The notes under the pieces are model-generated. The model saw only the letters and a list, made by a program, of their open reading frames with translations. It ran no database searches and was not told where the DNA came from. A stretch of 64,000 nucleotides of DNA from Chrysomallon squamiferum (taxonomy: Eukaryota; Animalia; Mollusca), in the NCBI GenBank assembly GCA_012295275.1, contig CM022673.1, forward strand, positions 17,608,001 through 17,672,000, given 5' to 3'. Position numbers and translations under genes: made by a program. This document shows, one piece after another, positions 56,201 to 64,000 of this stretch (the first letter of the stretch is position 1; each line of letters starts with the position of its first letter).

Positions 56201-59200
56201 AAACTCTATTTTTGCAGTTCCCAGGATCATGTGGTTTAAGGTAGACCTATAGAAAAAAAAAAAAACTGAGAAAATGTTTAAACATTTTATCATTGTTTTG
56301 TAGTTATAGAGGTCTGAATCTTCACAGATAGTTAATACTGAACAAAGATTTTTAAAAATACTGCAGTACATGTTTATATTGTAACAAATTGGAGATAGGG
56401 TTTAATTTCTCTGGCTGCAGTTTTGAGTTATTTGCAAATTTACATCTGTGATGTCTTTAAAACTAAATGTTTCTGAAAAAATCTTTTGAAGAGTTGCATT
56501 TAATAAAAATTTTAATAGTCCTCAATGAGACACTGCTATGACAATACTGGTCCTCAATGAGACACTGCTATGACAATACTGGTCCTCAATGAGACACTGC
56601 TATGACAATACTGAATTCCCATTTACCAGTCAGACACTAGACACATCAGACTAGATGTTGATCACAGTTTGCTTTAAAGAATATAATGTAACGATATTTA
56701 ATCCAGCTATAAAATATAGAGTCATGTAATTAAAATTACAACAGAATCATGCTCAATTACTCATTTGATCAAACCAATGTAATACAAGATAGTTACTCCA
56801 GCTATAGCCTTTACAGTGATGTAATGTGTATGATCAAAACAAAACAAAACCCAATAATCTCATAGCTGCAGCCAGACAGAGATCATAAAAAAAAATATGT
56901 TTGAAATCATTGCATGAGAATGGTAACCTGGTGATTGTTTTTTTAACCCTTTCATTGCTGAGACAGATAGTAATGTGACAAGTGAAATAAAGACATAAAT
57001 TTTTAATGAATAACTTTCTGTGGAGAAGTCACTCTGTGGTCAATGTGTTGTTATTTACAGCATGAATGTGACTGTGTATTTATTTTAAAGTACAGCTATA
57101 AACAACACTTACATGTCACTGAATTCACAAGTATTTTGGGCATTGTATACATTTAGTAAAATAATATGTATTGTTACTGAAAAAAAAAGAGAGAAGTATA
57201 AATAAATATATAACAGGAGGAAATGTGTTGTAATGTGTTGTATTTAATTATAAACAAATAAATATGTAAACATTTAAAGTTTTATAAATATAAAACATTT
57301 TAAAATTTGGAACAATAACTTTATAAAAATCACATGTACATTGTTTATAGCAGATACTTTATTCTGTTTTATCTGTGACTACATGGCTGGTGATGTTAAC
57401 TACCACTGCTTCGTTGTCTAGATAAATGCTATTTTAACTGGTTGTCAAAGCATTTCACCAACCAGCCAGACAGCTTGGTTGTGTTTGGTGTGTTTTCAAA
57501 CATGCAGTTTCCTGTACAAAAAAATACTGATTTAAATGTTTAATTTGAAAGTAAAAAAAAAAAATTAAATAGGTTTAAAAATATGTAGGTTGTTACTTGC
57601 ATTTTATTCTTACCATATTATGATCTTGATTGATTTAATTTTTAGTTTATAATAAAATTCTACTTTAATACTAAGAAAAGTGTAGAAGACTGCATGTTTT
57701 GATTTGATGGTTTTCTAACGTGGTGCTGTATGTTGATTTGTTTTTCTGCTCTGCTTAGATGTGTCTGCACATTCAGGTTCACTGCGCAGTTGTGTAAGTT
57801 TTCAGGTTTCTCCTCATCTTTTTTTTTTCTCCCATTCTCAGTTTGCTTCTCTCTTTGTCTCCTGCCCAGCATGTCAGAGTTACGTTTAAATACACACAAG
57901 TGGTTTACACAGAGTAAATATATCTTGTAATAATATGGTAATTATTTTTTCTTCTTTTTTTTGAAAATAACTATTAATATATATTTATATAATTATTATT
58001 CATATATAAATATTTTTGCTAATGAAATACATATTAGAAAATAAAAGAAAAGGAGTTATTAAATGTTTTCATTAAGGACATTTTTAAATGTTTGTGTTTT
58101 CATTGATGTTTAATTGAAATGCCTGAATCTGTGGAAATAGTGAATTCTGTTTCTTATTGCCTAATAATACCATATTAGAGTCCAATAGTAGGATGAATGT
58201 CTATAATTTTAAATTTAATTTAAAAATATCCAGAAACTGATGCATATCTTTGTCCATTTAATCACTGATGAGTAATTTTAAATTATATTTTCTGATCTAT
58301 TATACTAAGAAACTGTTGTTTTTGTTAACTGATAATGTCATAGTATAATAATTTAATAATAATTTAAATTGTAAATTTAAATAAATTAATAAACAACCAG
58401 GTACATCATAAAAAAGGTTTAATGTTATATTAGTTGATGTATTGACAGGGAGCAATTATACTGAATGTCATGTGTAATATTGTAATTTCATACACAGTAT
58501 GCTCACACTGTCGCATGTTTCTGCATACTCTGTATTTAGATCATATTTTAAGAGCACTTGTACTAATACATTTATTTTCTGCAAATAAAAGTACTTATTA
58601 TGTAGTAAATAATTTTTAAAACATTTTTTAATATTTTGTTTTTCATTTTTTTTTTTTTTAAATGTCTTTCAAAAAACAAAAAAAACAAAAATTAACAAAT
58701 AATTAGATTTGATTTTGTTATGGTTTTTTGATTAAGACTTAACTGAAAATCTATTTTAAAATTTATTAACAAATCATTTTAAATATTTTCAGTAGAAATA
58801 ATTTATAATTGACTATTGTGTTAATTCTAAACTGTTTTCTTCCACATTCTTCCACCAAATAAATAAATAAATATTTAACAAAATACTTTATGATACAGTT
58901 ATGCATCTACCTAGCTTGTTTCCTTGTTTCTTAGGGGTCCGAAAGGTCACGGGATCATTCCCCCTCACTGGACCAGACCAGTTCTTCCCATTCAAACCAG
59001 TGCTCTACAACTGGTTTAACAAAAACTGTGGTATGTGCTGCTCAGTCTGTGGAAAAGTGTGGATAAATGTTATAAAATACTTTATGTTTAAAGAAGTAGT
59101 GTTCCACTTAGCTCGTTTTCTCTTCTCTGAATATACATGTATATGTGGGTGTGGGTGGGTATAATTATAAACACAAACTTTAAATTTTTTTACTAGGAAT

Positions 59201-62200
59201 GCCTTAACTGAATTTGTTATTACTTGTTACATATCTAAACAAGCCTCCCATGGACTTCATAAATATTTGAACAATTTTATTTTTATATTTGGTTTTGTTT
59301 TTTTCCTCAATGAATTTGCTTGCAAAGTACATATCAGTTTTGCTGTTTGAAATTATTTATTTTTATATGGTGAATGCATTACATGTTTGGCATTAAATAA
59401 CTGCTCAGTCAATGTTGTTTAATTTAATATTTACTTTAATTTAATTCATGTTTTTTTTGAAAATAAATGTCTTTACTAAAACTGGATACATGTCTTATGT
59501 ACATAACATCTTTTAAAATGTTTAATAAAAGCTGTTTTGTGTTTGTTTATAGAAACGTTTTGAAACTAATACAAATACCACCTCCTAAGCACTTTCCCAT
59601 TTACCCAGCTCAACACACTGCATTACTTTTGTATTAATACAAGATGAACCTTCATTTATGAAATTCAAATAAAGGATGTTTGATTGAGATAAATTTCATA
59701 TTTAATGAAGTTTTTAAAAATATACCAGATTAATTTGTAAATTTAAATAAAAATTTATTTTTATTTATTTGTATTGTAAATACACACACAAACACATTGT
59801 TTATCAATGTCTGGATATTTTTACAGGATTGTTCTCTTTTTTTGTTGAAAGAAGACAAGTTCAGAATTGAACCAACGTTTCACTTGTCAGTCAGTCAGTC
59901 AGTATATATTGTTTTTACTGGGATCACTTTTATTTTTAGGGGAGATGGTGGTGAAAGTGAACAGTTTTGATTTTTTTTTATTATTATTATTATTATGTAT
60001 GTTTTTTGTGTGTACAGTATAATACTGATGGTATAAAATTCAGTTTTGTGTGTTTACAGGCTGAAGAGCAGGTTGATGTATCAGAGGAGAGTTCACCAGA
60101 CACTCGGTCTCTTGACTCGCTGTCATCTACATCATCTGGGGGGACTCCAGCTACTGATCTGTGTGTCACAGCTCACATCTCACATTCAGGTAGGTTGTAA
60201 CCAGTCACACATCTCACATTTAGGTAGGTTGGAACCAGTCACACATCTCACATTCAGGTAGGTTGTAACCAGTCGCACATCTCACATTCAGGCAGCTTGT
60301 GAACCAGTCGCACATATAACATTCAGGTGGCTTGTGTAACCAGTCACACATCTCACATTCAGATAAATATTGTAACAAGTCACAAGTTTTATATTCAGGT
60401 AGGTTTTGTAATTGATTACATGTCAAAGATTTCACAGTTTCTATGACTTGTTTATTATGTCATGTATCTCTGAAATAAATAATAAATAATCTTCCTTTGT
60501 TTTTTTTTTTTTTATTATTATTTTGGTTTTTTCATCTTTCTGTCATCAGTGACTTGCTCTTACACAAACACTGTATTCACAGAATTCCTAAATCTTTATA
60601 AGCAAACCACTGTTATCAGAAAATAATGTTTTGATACAAAATTTTCAGGGATTGTCAAGGAAGGAAACAAATCCTATGTCATATTTGCTATCACAGTGAA
60701 GAGGAAGTCGCTGGCTTCGGATGAAGAAGAAATCTGTGATGTGTATCGCAGATACAGTGACTTCCACGACCTCAACATGCTGCTCATAGAGAGGGTAAAT
60801 TATTTAAAGGAGTGTTCATCCATGTTTATGTTTGTGTGTGTCTCTGTGAGTTTGAGCATATCTGTGTGTGTGTGTGGTTGTGTGTGTGCTTTTCTTGTGT
60901 TTGAATGTCTGTGTATGTTTTAATTATCTGCAGATCCATCCTTCTACAGTACAGATAATATTTATTTAACAAAATTTATAAATAATATAGTTAAAACCAG
61001 AGATATAAGAGATGTGTGTGAGTTTGTATGTTTTTTTTTTTGTGTTCCAGTTTCCAGAGTTGGTAGGGCCTCGACTTCCAGGTAAAACTGTTATAAAAAA
61101 CATGAGTAAAGAGTTCCTAGATAAGAGAAGGCGAGCTTTAGAACGATACTTAAAGGTGAGTTCTAAATACCTTCAATGTGTTAATTCTTACAAAGATACA
61201 CTAAATGGATGTTACACATACTAATCAGTTCAGGTTAAAATATAAAATGTCATTCTGTGAAAAAATATCTTTTGTTTCTTTTAATATTCAAACACATAAA
61301 TTGTTCATTTATATATGAAAAGAAATTGAACAAGTTAATAAAAACTTTCTGTTCTAATGTAGGCCATCATGAAACCTGAACTGTGGCAGAAATACCCAGG
61401 GATGGAAGATCTAGTGTTGAGATTCTTAGCTTCTGGTTTATGGGAGAAACACAAAAGTGAACTAGCCAGAAAGGTATGAAAAAAAATCATTAGCATCATT
61501 TTTATCATATTTTCAAATTATCAGATGAAAAAATATTTCCATTTTTTAATATATTTCATTACAAATAAGTCTGTAAATATCAGAATATTTTTTTTATCTA
61601 ATCCTTTATTATTTTTAATACAAATGGAAAACAGATAGAAGATGTCTCTAGTTAATATTTTTTTGTATCCAGCTGACTGTAGTGTTGTCTTGGGTCATGG
61701 AATCAATCCTCCTGAGGTTATTTCTTTGTTGTGTGGTTTATGAAACATTACAAATGTTGTACTAGCTGATAACCCATTTCTTTATAAAAGCAATTTTAAT
61801 GTGATATTATAAATTTAAAAATTTAGTTTCTTATATACATACAAATAACCATGCACAAGTTATTGACTGAAAAAAATGATTATAAGCTTGATAAATTGTT
61901 TTTAAAAAAATTATTTTTTCTTCACTGTAGATGGATACAATTGTGAATCCACTGAGGTCATCCATGAAGTCAGTAGGTCATGCAGTCAAAGGTATTGATG
62001 GAATCATACGTAACAATGACTACAGGGTGAGTGTGGTTGGCGTCAACATTGTATTGTAACATGTTTAAACACATTTTGTGATGTATGATGAAGTTAAATA
62101 AATAGTGTCACTGAATAAGATAAACAGAACTGAACACATGTAACTAAAATGTAAGGTTTTTTTTTTGGTTTTTTTGTAGGCTGATTTAAACATGCCTATC

Positions 62201-63397
62201 AGTGGGAAGGTCAGTGCAGGTCTGCAAGGGTCAGATGTAAGTATAGTGAAAATATCTGTAAAAAACACTGACAGCGTTTACTTAGGTCATGACAAATTTA
62301 TCATCATATATTTTATTTTTATAAATATTTATTGCAAATGTAGAATAAGTATCATTATTATTTTTACCACAAATGTTGTTATTATTATTACTGCAACTAC
62401 TATTATTTTTGTTCTTATTGTTATTATTATTATTACTCCTTGTATACAACTACATTTACTACTACCACTACTCCTGTTACAATTATTATTATTACTACCA
62501 CTACTACTACTACTACAGTTCCTACCAGTCTCATGAATACATAACTGTAACTAAAACCAGCTACTTGCTAATATTTTGCTACTCTTATTACAACAATTAT
62601 TATGTGGCTGTTGTTGTGGTTGTTTGTTCAGACTGAAGAAAACATTCCGCTGCGGATCATGCTGCTGATGATGAATGAAGTGTTTGACCTTCGACACAAA
62701 AATCAGTGGCTGAGACGCAGAATTGTCGCAATACTTCGACAGCTGCTCAAAGCAACATTTGGAGATATGATTAACAGGTTTATAATTGAACATTTCACAT
62801 TTAAAAACAAATAAATAAATAAATATAAAAAATAATAATATTTAAATTTATTTAGATTGTGATATTTTTTCCCAATCTTATCAGTATTGTAAGATTAGTT
62901 TATTTTAAAAATGTGTGATTTCCTACATGAGAATAATGAATATAAACTCTTATTTTAATTTGTTCTTTCTGTCCTTGACAAAATGTTTAAAAACTGGTTT
63001 TAAATAATAAAATGTAGCTTTTCAAAACGTAACAATAATATATAAATAAAATAATAATGTGAAAAAATTTGAATAATAAATTTTATTTCAGAAAAATTGT
63101 AGACCATGTCGACTGGATGACGTCTGCTGAGCAGATGGCTGAATATGTCAAAGCTTTCAGGTAGAGTTGTCTCCCTTCTATATTTTATTTAATGTGACAG
63201 CAAATAATTATCTAAATTTTTTACTTCATTTTTTGTGTTATAAAATGTTCTGTTACGTTTAAAAAACATGTTCTCCTGTCACAGAGATTCGTTCTGGCCG
63301 ATGGGAGTGCTAGCAGAACCTCGACATGTCCGGGACCATCACACTGTGATGAGAACTCGAGTCCTGTGTAAAGCTAAAATGTTAGGAAGTATACCAG
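49220..63397 (+). CDS. SNX13: Sorting nexin-13 (RGS-PX1) ortholog; spliced CDS, 3' end beyond the window
   Basis: Manual splicing of 25 GT-AG exons gives one open frame of 2590 nt (863 codons + 1 nt). Motifs recognised from SNX13: N-terminal TM hairpin, PXA (IRDYIKTWY, SKEIDWMPYFTQRLVDDFASHIRLFR, LLSDPDYINQYIAWM), RGS (YLYFYLNVEGFR, IFDQYLSDK), PX (VYRRYSDFHDL, LPGKTVIKNMSKEFLDKRR) and PXC (NIPLRIMLLMMNEVFDL, NQWLRR, KIVDHVDWMTS, FWPMGVLAE). Confidence 0.95.
49659..49758 (+). CDS. SNX13: SNX13 exon
   Basis: cag|GFLIMYNSGQNTSQEGLAEQTLSLAKPIPGITK|gtattt; phases fit both neighbours. Confidence 0.85.
49974..50063 (+). CDS. SNX13: SNX13 exon (start of PXA)
   Basis: cag|VIPHMENTTKIKNFDKRMTGASVIDDALQE|gtaagt. 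Confidence 0.9.
50290..50555 (+). repeat. ~95-bp tandem triplication spanning a SNX13 intron/exon junction
   Basis: TTATTTCAG|GTTTTACA.T..AC..TCAGAGATTAC, with exon-start copies at 50334, 50432 and 50526. Confidence 0.9.
50526..50647 (+). CDS. SNX13: SNX13 exon (PXA)
   Basis: cag|VLQYTIRDYIKTWYRQISEHDGFLLDIHHFVQKVVITFSS(R)|gtaagt. Confidence 0.92.
51022..51137 (+). CDS. SNX13: SNX13 exon (PXA)
   Basis: cag|SKEIDWMPYFTQRLVDDFASHIRLFRRASDKIAVLPKE|gtaatt. Confidence 0.93.
51487..51593. repeat. 57-bp-period tandem duplication of an intron 3' end
   Basis: ATAACCTTTTCAATGTTGTCATATTAATTATTGTTATATTTACTAATTT occurs twice. Confidence 0.9.
51596..51700 (+). CDS. SNX13: SNX13 exon (PXA)
   Basis: cag|(E)REGADVVNMFFDLEVDMENNMSRDEICLSPDAER|gtatgt. 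Confidence 0.9.
51940..52028 (+). CDS. SNX13: SNX13 exon (PXA)
   Basis: cag|(Q)YLQDLVEVILFLLLPKEDFYNKPFRYIIR|gtaagc. Confidence 0.92.
52312..52395 (+). CDS. SNX13: SNX13 exon (end of PXA)
   Basis: cag|EVVVNGIFIPTIDLLSDPDYINQYIAWM|gtaagt. Confidence 0.93.
52725..52866 (+). CDS. SNX13: SNX13 exon
   Basis: cag|CDSSCFTKETFLTVIKSSDSIDELEAVQDMVEQEITRWRAKDSGGTD|gtactt. Confidence 0.9.
53381..53490 (+). CDS. SNX13: SNX13 exon
   Basis: tag|(D)ALIKQNLNSLRFLKDTCKSRTKRLQNGPPETDQLTE|gtacgt. Confidence 0.9.
53854..53941 (+). CDS. SNX13: SNX13 exon (start of RGS)
   Basis: cag|EPDFLKYQNLYVLTLDEIIGNNVALQSFI|gtttgt. Confidence 0.9.
54399..54454 (+). CDS. SNX13: SNX13 exon (RGS)
   Basis: cag|(E)FLNEKGGQQYLYFYLNVE|gtaaaa. 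Confidence 0.9.
54768..54905 (+). CDS. SNX13: SNX13 exon (RGS)
   Basis: tag|GFRAAAEQQISEAHKMKIDSRAFLEPDLESLRRAATIIFDQYLSDK|gtgaaa. Confidence 0.92.
55423..55527 (+). CDS. SNX13: SNX13 exon (RGS)
   Basis: cag|ASSKIKVESDLARQTMQNIKSKMLSEDVFDSVQTR|gtaagt. Confidence 0.9.
55687..55819 (+). CDS. SNX13: SNX13 exon (end of RGS)
   Basis: cag|VYQILHKSYYEEFLQAPSYIKLLSELGLLQDSKSEDGDTLSIDD|gtaagt (phase 1). Confidence 0.92.
56218..56240 (+). CDS. SNX13: SNX13 23-nt microexon (VPRIMWFK)
   Basis: ttttgcag|...AAG|gtagac; converts the phase-1 donor at 55819 to the phase-0 acceptor at 60060, which the frame requires. Confidence 0.6.
56518..56613. repeat. 32-bp perfect tandem repeat, x3
   Basis: GTCCTCAATGAGACACTGCTATGACAATACTG. 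Confidence 0.92.
58935..59075 (+). mobile_element. SINE remnant in a SNX13 intron
   Basis: B-box-like GGATCATTCCC followed by CCAGTGCTCTACAACTGGTTTAACAAAAACTGTGGTATGTGCTG..GTCTGTGGAAAAGTG, which from memory resembles the conserved core of molluscan tRNA-derived (Meta/MESC-type) SINEs. Confidence 0.55.
60060..60189 (+). CDS. SNX13: SNX13 exon (RGS-PX linker)
   Basis: cag|AEEQVDVSEESSPDTRSLDSLSSTSSGGTPATDLCVTAHISHS|gtaggt. Confidence 0.88.
60168..60412 (+). repeat. ~34-bp minisatellite (~7 copies) spanning a SNX13 exon/intron donor
   Basis: Unit CAGTCACACATCTCACATTCAG|GTAGGTTGTAAC; the first copy is the real exon end. Confidence 0.92.
60649..60794 (+). CDS. SNX13: SNX13 exon (PX)
   Basis: cag|(G)IVKEGNKSYVIFAITVKRKSLASDEEEICDVYRRYSDFHDLNMLLIER|gtaaat; PX RRY motif. 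Confidence 0.94.
61051..61155 (+). CDS. SNX13: SNX13 exon (PX)
   Basis: cag|FPELVGPRLPGKTVIKNMSKEFLDKRRRALERYLK|gtgagt. Confidence 0.93.
61363..61473 (+). CDS. SNX13: SNX13 exon (end of PX)
   Basis: tag|AIMKPELWQKYPGMEDLVLRFLASGLWEKHKSELARK|gtatga. Confidence 0.92.
61931..62026 (+). CDS. SNX13: SNX13 exon
   Basis: tag|MDTIVNPLRSSMKSVGHAVKGIDGIIRNNDYR|gtgagt. Confidence 0.92.
62180..62236 (+). CDS. SNX13: SNX13 exon
   Basis: tag|ADLNMPISGKVSAGLQGSD|gtaagt. Confidence 0.85.
62632..62777 (+). CDS. SNX13: SNX13 exon (PXC)
   Basis: cag|TEENIPLRIMLLMMNEVFDLRHKNQWLRRRIVAILRQLLKATFGDMIN(R)|gtttat. Confidence 0.94.
63092..63160 (+). CDS. SNX13: SNX13 exon (PXC)
   Basis: cag|KIVDHVDWMTSAEQMAEYVKAF(R)|gtagag. 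Confidence 0.93.
63285..63397 (+). CDS. SNX13: SNX13 exon (PXC); last exon visible in the window
   Basis: cag|DSFWPMGVLAEPRHVRDHHTVMRTRVLCKAKMLGSIP|gtatgt. Confidence 0.93.
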
Positions 63398-64000
63398 GTA
63401 TGTTTTTATATTTTCTTTTACCAACATTTCAGTCACGAAACATAAAGAATATTTAAAAAGAATATTGTGTATAAACATGAATATATGGCAGGAAAGGAAA
63501 AAAAAGGAACACGCTTTTATAAATTGGTTCTTGCAAATCTAATATGATATAGAAAAGTTACAGATAGTTACAAATGAAAGATGTTCTATTACTTACCAAA
63601 GAGTGTAGCCACAGAATTTATTATATAAAACTAAAATTATACAAAATAATGGACTAATTAGTTGTATAAAGATTAGATAAAACAAATGTTAAGTGGTAGA
63701 TAACAGAAAACATTAATGAAAAAAAATGTGTTTAACACTGGGTCAGTTTTACTGGATTTTGTTTTAAAAATTATCATTGAACTTCTGTAGAGTGATGGTG
63801 TTGTCATTGGTTCTTGCATGTGAGATATTTCACAACTCTGGCATCTTTCCATTAGCAAACAAGAACATTTGTAGCCAAACCATTAACAAGAAGAACCTGA
63901 TAACTGACTTTTGATAATGAATTAGTTTTAAGGCATGGACAATACCTCTTATATAACATTTTATTATTAAATTGCATTCACTTTTACATTTGTTACAACA

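Overview
AT-rich, microsatellite-dense eukaryotic (invertebrate, most likely molluscan/gastropod) genomic DNA; nothing here looks prokaryotic and there is no CRISPR array. Right third: a multi-exon sorting nexin-13 (SNX13; TM-PXA-RGS-PX-PXC) gene on +, with 25 hand-spliced GT-AG exons from 49220 to 63397 (863 codons, continuing past the window) and a possible 2-codon first exon at 47542. Divergent from it, on -, is a complete 5-exon gene (45175->42800, 317 aa) for a secreted protein with a PAN/Apple domain and a Trp/Cys-rich C-terminal domain I cannot name. The left ~42 kb is mostly non-coding. It holds an orphan first coding exon on - (15284->15182, resembling a glycosylated receptor N-terminus), a ~3 kb 17-bp satellite, a ~1 kb 26-bp minisatellite, other tandem repeats, a decayed Tigger/pogo transposon and SINE remnants. 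The most notable oddities are tandem duplications that copy SNX13 splice sites (a triplicated acceptor and a ~7x donor), a frame-required 23-nt microexon, and satellites whose units match HIF (TACGTG) and DMRT/Dsx-SOX (ACAATGT) motifs. Most ORFs in the supplied track are artefacts of simple repeats.
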